A DNA stretch of 63,891 nucleotides, the filler included, from Octopus bimaculoides (Eukaryota), in NCBI RefSeq assembly GCF_001194135.2. It is 8 parts of 6 records of this genome, joined end to end, with 100 filler letters (N's around TTAATTAATTAA, not from the genome) between each part and the next. Parts side by side here need not be neighbours in the genome. Positions count along the whole stretch, not along the records: positions 18,971 to 36,711 come from NC_068983.1; positions 36,812 to 42,511 come from NC_068994.1; positions 42,612 to 52,543 come from NC_068989.1; 5 more parts are not named here. One strand, given 5' to 3'. How positions within the stretch are numbered: the first letter of the stretch is position 1; every line of letters starts with the position of its first letter. Made by a program: the position numbers and the translations under genes. A model generated the notes under the pieces. The model saw only the letters and a list, made by a program, of their open reading frames with translations, did not search any database and had not been told where the DNA came from. Shown piece after piece: positions 35,647 to 46,819 of the stretch.

Positions 35647-36454
35647 TACGACAGAAGTTAATTGAAAACGAACAGAATATATCAATTTTTAGAGACGAAC
35701 AGAGAAAATGTAAGCATCTAAAGATTGTATAGTAAAGAGATATCTGTGTTCTGTGTACATGATGTTCTGCAGACCTTTCAGTGTCAAATACTTGGATAAT
35801 AATCCATCTCCAGACCGGTTTTAATTCTCTTGCACATCTCTCAATGGATGCAGAGTTGTCTTTATTTTAAAATCTTCGATAAAAATCTCGGACCATTTTT
35901 TATTTTTATTTTACTGTAATATATTCATAAAATCAAATACACAGGAGTTATCTATGATATCTTCTATCGTTTATCGTTTTCTGAGAGAGCATTTTCGTGT
36001 TCATTCTTATACCATCTGTTTTACGTAGCGATTTCTTTGTTTTAAAGCATTTGGCAAGATGCCTAATGTAAAAAGCTTCTGTCATACTGTAATATAACCG
36101 AGTTCATTACTATTATTATCTTCATCACCAGGTTTTCAACAGTTTTATGCGAGTTTCTGCTGTACCACTTGGTGCACCTCCATGTTGCAGAGTTATATGC
36201 ATCGTTGTCTTTTTGGGATGTCGAAATGTGTTTCAATACGGCATTCCTTTTGCTTTCTTGTGGGATTTACTTCGTTGCCCCTGGAGTTTAGTGTAGGATA
36301 TATGAATATGTGCAATGGCGCGAACAAGGCTATGGGGTGAAGAAGCTCGCTTTGCAACCACGTAATTTCGGGTTCACTTCGTGTAATATCTTTATAGATA
36401 AACGAGTACACTGCTACAGTGTAATAACAATATAATCGAAACAAACAGCAGGAA

Positions 36455-36711
36455 CCATACGGAACGTAAATGGTGGGGGAGCGGACAATGAGGTTGGAGG
36501 CGGTGGCGGAGAGACGGGAGGAGGAGTGGTGGTCATGGATAGTGGAGGACACAGTCTGTTGGTAGCTGGGCGTGGGGTCAGAGGGCAGAGGGCAGTAGAA
36601 GGAGGTGTCTTGAAGTTGGCGGAGAGCTTCGGCCTTGTAGAGGTCCGCGCGCCATACCACCACGGCTCCACCCTTGTCGGCCGGTTTATAATGATGTCAG
36701 TGCGGCGTCAG
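36455..36711 (-). mobile_element. GC-rich Penelope-like RT N-terminal fragment (Poseidon-type)
   Basis: KPADKGGAVVVWRADLYKAEALRQLQDTSFYCPLPSDPT...TASNLIVRSP. PADKG is the PLE RT hallmark. About 61% GC by manual count; cut by a scaffold spacer. Confidence 0.82.
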
Positions 36712-36811
36712 NNNNNNNNNNNNNNNNNNNNNNNNNNNNNNNNNNNNNNNNNNNNTTAATTAATTAANNNNNNNNNNNNNNNNNNNNNNNNNNNNNNNNN
36801 NNNNNNNNNNN

Positions 36812-36913
36812 CCAGTCAAATTCTGGAGTCGACGTAATCGACTAGTTCCCTCCCCACCCACTAAATTTCAGGCCTTGTGCTTATAGTAGAAAGGATTATT
36901 ATTATTATTATTA
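36812..36913 (+). mobile_element. SINE family C 3' half with (ATT)n tail
   Basis: CTGGAGTCGACGTAATCGACT...GCCTTGTGCTTATAGTAGAAAGG(ATT)n. Confidence 0.8.
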
Positions 36914-37255
36914 TGAAAGACTCTCGGATAGTTCTTAATTACCGGTTGTTCTTTACTTGAAAACAGGCAACAACAAATCACCAAAGGTCTCAAGTAATGC
37001 CTTCTCCTGTGACTCAGAGAGACAATACCCTCTCCTTAGAATGCGAGCTGTACCCAACAATGCTGTCTTTTGGATCACTTCGAGCCTGACAGCAGCATCA
37101 ATATTCTTAATATGTTTTTCAAAGCCGTTGGAAACTGCTCCTAATGCTTTATTTAGCACCGGTATCACCATTACTTTCCACATGCCACATAACTTTCCTA
37201 TGTCGTCCCGCGGTGGCTGGTATTTCTCAATCTTTTTTCTTCATGATCTCTGACA
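36914..37255 (-). mobile_element. R4/Dong-like (RLE) non-LTR retrotransposon 3' end
   Basis: EEKKIEKYQPPRDDIGKLCGMWKVMVIPVLNKALGAV...IQKTALLGTARILRR matches the K-x-x-K-Y endonuclease C-terminus pattern. It ends in (TAA)n. Confidence 0.75.
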
Positions 37256-37261
37256 ATTATA

Positions 37262-38410
37262 TCTGGCCTATACAATTATATCTGCTTGTACACATTTTAT
37301 CCAAAGTGAAACAAGTAGCATGCCAAATTCAACCCAAGAAGCGATTCCAGAAATCCGTTATGGGCTGCTTTTTCGAAATCCATAGTTATATTATCAGGTT
37401 CCTTACTCTGCAGAAATTCGTTTATTTTGACAGAAAGTCTACTATATGTGTCTTGACTTTTGTCAGAGAGCAATGCGAACAATCGTGAGGCATTAAAATT
37501 ATCAATATAAATGTGAAGTATAAATAACTGAAACGATATAGTAGAGCCGTTCTTAAATGTTCCATCTGCCGACCAGTTCTTGTGCTATTTTAACTGTCGA
37601 AGTGCTTCGTCACTTGCGAAGATTAGTATTCGTTTCGAATCTTCCGTCCCGCTGTAAAAACGTTTCATCATTGTCAAGGTAGGAGTATACATTTGGAATA
37701 GAAAACCCAACATTTGTAAGTGGGGTAGCAGGATGGTTGGAATCAACTTGCCGCCAACGTCTAATATTTCTATTAAGCTGTGCAAACGGAGGTATTAGCA
37801 ACAATGTACAGTCATTTAAATTCTAAACTTCACTAGCGATAATTGAGCGACGAGCATCACGAAATGAAATAGTCTTTACTTTAATATTTGAAACTATTAT
37901 CCTTACATTAACCTCTGCAATAGTTGAAGCGTGATTATGGATCCTAATCTTCTTAAGCTCTTTATAATTTTCATCTGTATGAAGTCTCGCCTTGCACACA
38001 CGATTTTCGCGCCTCCAGTATATCTTCAATCCATCTGAATTCTACTTGTTTTTTGTGCATATATAATTTTCTTGATCGACCACTTTGATTTTTCCTTTCT
38101 CTGAAGTTATGACCTTGCAGGTAGTGATGGGTAGGCGTATTGAATAAATTTAATTCGATTTGCTTGAGAATCTTTGTTCGTAAACTGTTCAGCGCAGATA
38201 CTTAAGAGAGAGGGAGAGAGAGAGAGAAAAAGAGAGGGAGAGAGAGCGGGTTGGAGGGTTAAAGAAAGGGGAAAAAATATCTAAAACTGTCCAACGACAA
38301 TTTTAATTCTAAAGAGATTGCTCTAAATTTTCCCTCGGAAATCACGTTTACGAGTATTTTGAAAGGAATTGGCCAGCGACGAATTGACCGGGGACAAATT
38401 GTCCTAACAC
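37262..38410 (-). mobile_element. Mutator-like (MULE) transposase relic with N-terminal FLYWCH-type finger
   Basis: SEKGKSKVV, IYWRRENRVCKARLHT...HNH, WSADGTF, FALLSDKSQDTYSRL, MDFEKAA and CYLFHFGQ, with stops and frameshifts. A probable terminus GGACAAATTGTCC lies near 38392-38404. Confidence 0.8.
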
Positions 38411-38740
38411 CGAATTAAACAACTCCTCCTTGTAAATAACTCAGATCAATGACGTCAGATTCTTCTTGTATACTTGATTACTTACTCATCGTCCAATATT
38501 ATATTGTTCCTTTCACGTGAATGGGTATATTAACATATGAGTTTCATGTGCTGTATTCTTGTTTTCCAAGCTTCGATGTATGGTTTATTAGAAGAAGACA
38601 CTCGAACCCAAAGTGCTACGCATTGGGACTGAACCCGGTACCATGTGGTTGAGAAGCAAACTTCTAACGTCACAACCGTTCGTCCATAATGTCTCTGAAC
38701 ATGGCCAGGTTAGCAGTTTTACTCATTTAAGTCTAGAGAT

Positions 38741-39129
38741 TGTTGTTGTTGTTGTTGGCACTCCGTCGCTTACGACGACGAGGGTTCCAGTTGATCCGAT
38801 CAACGGAACAGCCTGCTCGTGAAATAAACGTGCAAGTGGCTGAGCACTCCACAGACACGTGTACCCTTAACGAAGTTCTCGGAGATATTCAGCGTGACAC
38901 AGAGTGTGACAAGGCTGACCCCTTTGAATTACAGGCACAACAGAAACAGAAAGAAAGAGTGAGAGAAAATTGTGGTGAAAGAGTACAGCAGGGTTCGCTA
39001 CCATCCCCTGCCGGAGCCTCGTGGAGCTTTTTAGGTGTTTTCGCTCAATAAACACTCACAACGCCCGGTCTGGGAATCGAAACTGCGATCCTATGACCGC
39101 GAGTCCGCTGCTCTAACCACTGGGCCTCC
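38741..39129 (-). mobile_element. SINE family B
   Basis: Near full length with (CAA)n tail. Possible short TSD AGAGAT. Confidence 0.9.
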
Positions 39130-39194
39130 ACAAGAGATGGCATATTAGGCAAATATTGGCATAAAACCAAATGTGCAAAAGCATGTTGTGCAAG

Positions 39195-39466
39195 AAGCAC
39201 TAAAATGCAGATATCACGAAGATGACAGTTTTAGTGTTGGACTCATGGTCATCAGATTGTGGTTTCGATTCGTGGACCGTGCCACGCGTCGTGTTCTTGA
39301 TGAGCAAAACACTTTATTTCACGTTGCTCCAGACCACTCAGCTGGTAAAAATGAGTAATTCTGTGACAGACCAGCGTCCTGTCCAGGTGGGAAATTTATC
39401 CGCCATGGAAACCGGGCAACCGGCCCTTATGAATCAGCATGACTCGAGAATGTAACTTTACCTTTA
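39195..39466 (+). mobile_element. SINE family D
   Basis: GGACTCATGGTCATCAGATTGTGGTTTCGATTC...TTGATGAGCAAAACACTTTATTTCACGTTGCTCCAG...GACAGACCAGCGTCCTGTCCAGG, with a (TTTACC)-like tail. Confidence 0.7.
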
Positions 39467-39677
39467 GTATACGTAATATAATGGCAGGATGTGATTTCAT
39501 ATGGAGCTGTGTGTTCTTTTGATGAGGTGTAGAAAGATCAGGTACGCATCGGTTAGAAAAAGCTGTGTCCATCTAATGGCAGAACCAAGACCCAGTGGGA
39601 CTCTCGCGTTCCGTGCAACCATTTCCCCTTCAGCTTTTCTGACCATGTCTGATTCTGAGTGCTCTACTACAGAGTGT

Positions 39678-39891
39678 GGAGGCGCAATGGCCCAGTGGTT
39701 AGGGCAGCGGACTCGAGGTCATAGGATCGCGGTTTCGATTCCCAGACCGGGCGTTGTGAATGTTTATTGAGCGAAAACACCTAAAGCTCCATGAGGTTCA
39801 CCTTATCATTACTAAGTTGGCGAGCTGGCAGAAATGTTAACACGCCGGGCGAAATGCCTAGTGGTATTTCGTCTGCCGTTACGTTCGTTTT
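39678..39891 (+). mobile_element. Adjacent 5' fragments of SINE B (39678-39797) and SINE C (39817-39891)
   Basis: Recognisable heads; SINE C runs into the gap. Confidence 0.8.
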
Positions 39892-40754
39892 NNNNNNNNN
39901 NNNNNNNNNNNNNNNNNNNNNNNNNNNNNNNNNNNNNNNNNNNNNNNNNNNNNNNNNNNNNNNNNNNNNNNNNNNNNNNNNNNNNNNNNNNNNNNNNNNN
40001 NNNNNNNNNNNNNNNNNNNNNNNNNNNNNNNNNNNNNNNNNNNNNNNNNNNNNNNNNNNNNNNNNNNNNNNNNNNNNNNNNNNNNNNNNNNNNNNNNNNN
40101 NNNNNNNNNNNNNNNNNNNNNNNNNNNNNNNNNNNNNNNNNNNNNNNNNNNNNNNNNNNNNNNNNNNNNNNNNNNNNNNNNNNNNNNNNNNNNNNNNNNN
40201 NNNNNNNNNNNNNNNNNNNNNNNNNNNNNNNNNNNNNNNNNNNNNNNNNNNNNNNNNNNNNNNNNNNNNNNNNNNNNNNNNNNNNNNNNNNNNNNNNNNN
40301 NNNNNNNNNNNNNNNNNNNNNNNNNNNNNNNNNNNNNNNNNNNNNNNNNNNNNNNNNNNNNNNNNNNNNNNNNNNNNNNNNNNNNNNNNNNNNNNNNNNN
40401 NNNNNNNNNNNNNNNNNNNNNNNNNNNNNNNNNNNNNNNNNNNNNNNNNNNNNNNNNNNNNNNNNNNNNNNNNNNNNNNNNNNNNNNNNNNNNNNNNNNA
40501 AGTTAAATATATCGAACTACCAATGTACACTTCATTTTTGAAACAACGTGATCGAAACATTGAAATAAACCTCTCTTCAGAGAGAACAGGAATTTGTTAT
40601 GTTTTGAGGATTAAATTAACTTTTTTTTTTTGAGGGTGGGAACGCCAGCCTCGACAAACCATTATTTGTTTCGTTGCAATCTTAGATTTTCATTCTTTGA
40701 CCACCGTTTATATTCAAGGGAGACAACACTGTTTCCACTGAAAATATCCAGCCG

Positions 40755-40920
40755 TTACCTTTGGGCGAGCGGGCGGACGGAACTTGATACTTATTCTCAA
40801 CGCATTTTATCAGACCCAAAAGAAAGAAAAGCAAAGTCAAACTCGGTAGAATTTGAACTCAGAATGTAAAGAGCTTGAAGCGATGCTTTTGTCTGATGTG
40901 CAAACAGTTCTACTAGCTCA
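40755..40920 (-). mobile_element. SINE family C (diverged)
   Basis: GAAAGAAAAGCAAAGTCAAACTCGGTAGAATTTGAACTCAGAATGTAAAG. Confidence 0.75.
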
Positions 40921-41109
40921 CAGAATTATTTAGCAAACATATGAATAAAAGGAAAATAAACAAATATACACAAAAGAAAAAGAATAACAATTTTATTTCA
41001 AAATGAAATATGTATAAGTGAACGATTAAAATATTGAACGTCAGACCTGGTAGTTTTGTATTGTACTACAGATGTTGTATTATATAAACTAGACTCTATT
41101 GTATAACTA

Positions 41110-41237
41110 CAGGGTGTTCACAAGGTTTTGGGTACATGGAGTAAATAAAATCATAACATAAACAATTAAATATAAGAAATAATAATTTCTTAAAGTATGT
41201 GCTAATCCCCATGTACCCAGACTTTGTGGACACCCTG
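41110..41237. mobile_element. Tc1/mariner-type MITE (128 bp)
   Basis: ~30-bp TIRs CAGGGTGT(T/C)CACAA...GGGTACATGG with TA TSD (41108-09 and 41238-39). Confidence 0.85.
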
Positions 41238-41239
41238 TA

Positions 41240-41647
41240 GACACTAAACTCAACATATAAGACCTATCTAGAAAACCTTTCACAAGTCACTATGCAGTTA
41301 CTTGATTTGCTAGAAATAACAGCCAAATCTTTCAAATCACACTATTACCTTAATTTTTTTAAAAATAAAAATAAAAGATGGATATATTGGATAATGTAAT
41401 CNNNNNNNNNNGTAATGAAATAAATTGCACATGAAGTTTGAAAATAATTGAAAATTCAGAGGGATTCAGTAAAAATAAATAACTTTTTTAATTACTAAGT
41501 TGACGTTTAGAATATACCTTAACAAAAAAAGTGTCTCACATAAAATTACGATGTGAAGTTTTGATTTAAGTATGAGCTTTTGCAAATGAGCAGTTGTGTA
41601 TCAGAACCAGAGGTAGTTTGGTCAAAAATGTGTTGGCATTGAAAGGG
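41240..41647. mobile_element. piggyBac-like non-autonomous element, one terminus visible
   Basis: Ends ...GGCATTGAAAGGG|TTAA at 41647/41648-51. The left terminus was not found. Confidence 0.4.
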
Positions 41648-41693
41648 TTAAATACAGAGAAGAGAAAAAAGGACCAATACTGAGTATATACAC

Positions 41694-41916
41694 CAGTGGT
41701 TCTCAACCATTTTCTGCCGCTGAATCCCTTTCATTCCTATTTTACTCTAGTAGACCCCCAAAACAAATTCCATTATATTTTTTTTAATTAAATATTTTCA
41801 GGAAATTTTGTAAAAATAATTATTAAAATACTCTGAATATTTTAGAAGTATGACCAATTTATTGCACATAATTTTTAACAACAAAATCTTATATAGACCC
41901 CAGTTGAGAACCACTG
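41694..41916. mobile_element. hAT-type MITE
   Basis: TIR CAGTGGTTCTCAAC / GTTGAGAACCACTG (14 bp perfect). 8-bp TSD ATATACAC/ATAAACAC (7/8). Confidence 0.88.
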
Positions 41917-42611
41917 ATAAACACCTTCAGATTTCTCCAAGACTGTAAATGTTAATGTGAATAATGTTCAGTTGATTGATATTAGCATATGAGTGGTGGT
42001 AGTGGTGATGAAGAGGAAATAATGTCACAAGTGAGGTTGAAGTTCCTGAGTAGTGTTATCAAACCTCTTGTTAATCCAGCAACCCCTTTACTAACAAGTA
42101 GACTCACCCAACACAGCATTTTAAATTTTGTGTAATATCTAAACACAGAGGGTGGCGAACTGGCAGAAGTGTTAGCACGCCGGGCAAAATGCTTAGCGGT
42201 ATTTCGTCTGTGTGACACCGGTTGAGGTGCTTAGCGGTGTAGCGATTGGATTGTTACTAGTTATTTGAGTGCGTCTGTACAGTAAGTGCAAGTTTCCATT
42301 AACTGTTTTTGTGTGTCCTTGTCATAACTATTGTGTGATAGTCTTCGTTTGAAAACTATCGTGTGTTTCCCCTATGGGGGAAACAGTAATTGCTGGCAAG
42401 ATGCCGAATAATGTATCTTCATCTGGCAAAGCGGAGTCAACCAGACGAAAAAAAATAGAAAATTTATTGTTTGGAGAAGTTTCGGATTCTTCTGAAGAGG
42501 AGTTTCCAGAGNNNNNNNNNNNNNNNNNNNNNNNNNNNNNNNNNNNNNNNNNNNNTTAATTAATTAANNNNNNNNNNNNNNNNNNNNNNNNNNNNNNNNN
42601 NNNNNNNNNNN

Positions 42612-42681
<70 letters not shown>

Positions 42682-42756
42682 TACATAGTATATATGTATA
42701 TATGTATATATACATGCACATATGTCTGTATATCTGTGTATGTGTTTGTGCGCGCA

Positions 42757-42795
<39 letters not shown>

Positions 42796-43518
42796 AAGTA
42801 TGTATGTACGTCTGTCTGGTTACGTATGTATATACAAAACTAAACATTATTGAGCATGGTTGATGTTGATGCTGTTGTTGTTNNNNNNNNNNNNNNNNNN
42901 NNNNNNNNNNNNNNNNNNNNNNNNNNNNNNNNNNNNNNNNNNNNNNNNNNNNNNNNNNNNNNNNNNNNNNNNNNNNNNNNNNNNNNNNNNNNNNNNNNNN
43001 NNNNNNNNNNNNNNNNNNNNNNNNNNNNNNNNNNNNNNNNNNNNNNNNNNNNNNNNNNNNNNNNNNNNNNNNNNNNNNNNNNNNNNNNNNNNNNNNNNNN
43101 NNNNNNNNNNNNNNNNNNNNNNNNNNNNNNNNNNNNNNNNNNNNNNNNNNNNNNNNNNNNNNNNNNNNNNNNNNNNNNNNNNNNNNNNNNNNNNNNNNNN
43201 NNNNNNNNNNNNNNNNNNNNNNNNNNNNNNNNNNNNNNNNNNNNNNNNNNNNNNNNNNNNNNNNNNNNNNNNNNNNNNNNNNNNNNNNNNNNNNNNNNNN
43301 NNNNNNNNNNNNNNNNNNNNNNNNNNNNNNNNNNNNNNNNNNNNNNNNNNNNNNNNNNNNNNNNNNNNNNNNNNNNNNNNNNNNNNNNNNNNNNNNNNNN
43401 NNNNNNNNNNNNNNNNNNNNNNNNNNNNNNNNNNNNNNNNNNNNNNNNNNGTGGCGTAGGGAAGAATACTCTGTCTGGAAATCTGTTGCTTGTTTCAATG
43501 TCTGTGGTATTGGCTTGA

Positions 43519-43550
<32 letters not shown>

Positions 43551-43718
43551 GCATTGTTGATTTTTTTTTTATTTGGTTGCGACGGCGGCGTCGGTGGTAA
43601 TGATGGTGGTGATCATCGTCATCGTCGTAGTGCTGCTGCTGTTGCCGATGATGATGATGATGATGATGATGATGTGGTCCTAGTGATGGTGGTGATGCTG
43701 GTAGTAATGGTGTTGTTG

Positions 43719-43750
<32 letters not shown>

Positions 43751-44065
43751 GGTATACGTGATACTTGTTTAAGCTGATTATTATCATGTTGTTATTGCTT
43801 TTAGCTACTGGTGGCGGCTAAGGAAGGAATAGTTTCGGGTCGTCAGATTAAAGTTGTTGATAATGCTGCTGCTGCTACTGTAATCGTCGCCGTATAAGGA
43901 CAGCAGGGTGTGTGTGGTTGTCTTTCGTTATTGACCAGCCACCCACGCTACGTCAGCTCCCCAACAAACACACACCGATACACGCACCCACACACACACA
44001 CACACATACAGATCACATATCTCAGACAGACAGCAAAGGTTGTGATGGCTAGAGACCACATAGAG

Positions 44066-44257
44066 CATCGGTTCTCAATCGTTGGTCCCAGGGCCGCTTG
44101 AAACCGTCAAGTATCCTTCCCTCGGCTCTCGGCGACCCTCTCTATAAACATAATATATTTGTCTTTAAATGACATGTTTTACTGCTTTTGGTGTAACCCC
44201 TAAAAGAAATCCTGGTCTTAGATCTGGTCCGGTTATTAAAATGGTTAGGAACCGCTG
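44066..44257. mobile_element. hAT-type MITE (diverged)
   Basis: CATCGGTTCTCAA ... TTAGGAACCGCTG. 8-bp flanks ACATAGAG/CCATAGTG (6/8). Confidence 0.65.
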
Positions 44258-44490
44258 CCATAGTGGGCACACCGGTTTATCCTGTTGTATAAGTTGTAGT
44301 ATTGTAGTGGAAATGAAAGCGTGTTGTGCAGTGTCTAATGTTTTGTGATAGTGCTTAGACGTTGTATGAGATAAAGTATACCGTGGTGTTGTATTGAGGA
44401 AATGCTGTGTAGCGTATAGCTCAGTGTAGTGTGGTCTTAAGGAAATGTATCGGGTATAGTGTAATGTGGTGTGATCATGTGAAGATGCAC

Positions 44491-44642
44491 GGGCATGGCT
44501 GTGCAGTAAGCAGTTTACTTCTCAACCACATGGTTCCGGGTTCAGCACCATTGGTTGGCACCTTGGGCAAATGTATTCTACTATAGCCTCGGGCCGATCA
44601 AAGCCTTGTGAGTGGATTTTGTAGATGGAGACTGAAAGACCG

Positions 44643-44643
<1 letters not shown>
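44491..44643 (+). mobile_element. SINE family A head and core
   Basis: Consensus match. Its (TA)n tract is followed directly by family F copy 2. Confidence 0.85.
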
Positions 44644-44680
<37 letters not shown>

Positions 44681-44682
<2 letters not shown>

Positions 44683-44850
44683 GAGAATATACAAAAAATA
44701 ACAACAGACGAGGACAGGTGGTGTAAATAACAAAAGTATATATTAGTATGACGCTCGGGAATACGGAAAGTCTTTGACGTTTCGAGCTACGCTCTTCAAC
44801 AGAAAGAATACGGAGACAAGGAGAAAAACACGGAGAAAAAAAAATTGGTA
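44681..44850 (-). mobile_element. Family F copy 2
   Basis: Homologous to copies 1 and 3; flanked by (TA)n on both sides. Confidence 0.78.
44771..44807 (-). ncRNA. Minimal hammerhead-ribozyme-like motif (A6U core variant), best-preserved copy
   Basis: TCTTT-CTGTTGA-A-GAG-CGTAG-CTC-GAA-ACGT-C-AAAGA. It has a 5-bp stem I, a 3-bp stem II, palindromic stem III ACGU and a GUC cleavage triplet. Confidence 0.6.
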
Positions 44851-45609
44851 AATATATATATATATATATATNNNNNNNNNNNNNNNNNNNNNNNNNNNNN
44901 NNNNNNNNNNNNNNNNNNNNNNNNNNNNNNNNNNNNNNNNNNNNNNNNNNNNNNNNNNNNNNNNNNNNNNNNNNNNNNNNNNNNNNNNNNNNNNNNNNNN
45001 NNNNNNNNNNNNNNNNNNNNNNNNNNNNNNNNNNNNNNNNNNNNNNNNNNNNNNNNNNNNNNNNNNNNNNNNNNNNNNNNNNNNNNNNNNNNNNNNNNNN
45101 NNNNNNNNNNNNNNNNNNNNNNNNNNNNNNNNNNNNNNNNNNNNNNNNNNNNNNNNNNNNNNNNNNNNNNNNNNNNNNNNNNNNNNNNNNNNNNNNNNNN
45201 NNNNNNNNNNNNNNNNNNNNNNNNNNNNNNNNNNNNNNNNACACATATGTGTATGTATATGTGTGTATATATGTATATATGTGTGTATATGTGTATATGT
45301 AATTATGTATGCCTGTATGTTTATACATTTATATGTATGTGTTGTCCAACCCACTATCCGGTAGCGTCCAATTCTCTAACGGTTTTTTTTCAAATGAATC
45401 ACGTCATAACCTTATCCATCTATTGTTTTCATACTCGGTCATAATGTCTTACGTTTAAGATGATTCCCATGCATTCCCTGAAGAGAAGGTTACAATTTTA
45501 ATATCACAAATCCCTATGGATCACATAGGTTGTAATCCTTTGAAACATATGTAGGAATGAAGTATGCAATTATAACATGCGTTTCCTTAAATTTTTATAT
45601 ATATATATG

Positions 45610-45835
45610 AGGGTAGCTTTGTGTCTGCGTTTGTCTCCCACCACCATTTGACGACCGGTGTCGTTGTGTCTACGTCCCCGTAACTTAGCAGTTCAGCTAA
45701 AGAGAGACCGATAGAATAAGTACCAGGCTTTAAAAAGATAAGTACGGGGGTCGATTCGTTCGACTAAGATTCTTCGAGGCGGCACGGTGCCCCAGCTTGG
45801 CCGCAGCCTAATGACTGAAACAAATAAAAGATAGA
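45610..45835 (+). mobile_element. SINE family A 3' domain and tail
   Basis: CGTCCCCGTAACTTAGCAGTTCAGC...CCCAGCTTGGCCGCAGCCTAATGACTGAAACAAATAAAAG. Confidence 0.8.
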
Positions 45836-45904
45836 AGACCTTCTGTGGGGTATAGTTTGGGGTAGTGTGGTCTTGATGGTATGCCACGTGGTGCAAGGAC
45901 AAGA

Positions 45905-46149
45905 CAAGGGGTCCGTGGACAGCAAATATTTTTTATGGGCAATTTGATTTTATATATGTTTCTTAATCGAAATCTTTTAATTGACAATAAACCTATTTGT
46001 TAAATACTGTTAAATAAATAAATGTAAAAATATATGTTATTTTAAGCAAATATCTCTGTGTAAATTTCATAAGCGTTTATAAGGGGGTCCCTAAGGTAAA
46101 GCCTGAAATATAAAGGGGTCCGCAAGTCAAAAAGTTTGAAAACCCCTGG
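45905..46149. mobile_element. hAT-type MITE, one terminus
   Basis: Repeated GGGGTCC subterminal motifs; ends AAAGTTTGAAAACCCCTG. Confidence 0.55.
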
Positions 46150-46432
46150 TCTAAATGACCTGCTGCGTATGATGATTCTGTAAATGAACTCTAAGCCAAC
46201 AGACAGACCCATGTTCAATGAATTTCTGACCAAACCTACGTAATTTTCTTTTCAGGAATTGTGTATCTAAGACTACATTTTTCAATGTGTCCTTAATTGT
46301 AAAGATAGTAGGCTGCAGTTTGAGGTGTATTTGGTTGCGTAGTAGATTAAAGATGACGCCTGGATGTTTGTTCGTCAATGTCGTGGTGTCGTGGTGTCGC
46401 GGTGTTGGATATGCATTGTGTAATTGAAGACC

Positions 46433-46819
46433 GGAGGCGCAATGGCCCAGTGGTTAGGGCAGCGGACTCGCGGTCATAAAATCGCGGTTTCGATTCACAG
46501 ACCGGGCGTTGTGAGTGTTTATTGAGCGAAAACAACTAAAGCTCCACGAGGCTCCGGCAGGGGATGGTGGCGAACCCTGCTGTACTCTTTCACCACAGCT
46601 TTCTCTCACTCTTTCTTCCTGATTCTGTTGTGCCTGTAATTCAAAGGGTTAGCCTTGTCACACTTTGTGTCACGTTGAATATCCCCGAGAACTACGTTAA
46701 GGGTACACGTGTCTGTGGAGTGCTCAGCCACTTGCACGTTAATTTCACGAGCAGGCTGTTCCGTTGATCGGATCAACTGGAACCCTCGACGTCGTAAGCG
46801 ACGGAGTGCCAACACACAC
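46433..46819 (+). mobile_element. SINE family B with 11-bp TSD
   Basis: TSD AATTGAAGACC at 46422-46432 and 46820-46830. Confidence 0.93.

Noticed and set aside
46433-46505. tRNA genes at the heads of SINE A-D
   Set aside because: A and B boxes are present, but there is no pairable acceptor stem or clear anticodon arm, and each continues into a SINE body. They are tRNA-derived heads, not tRNAs.
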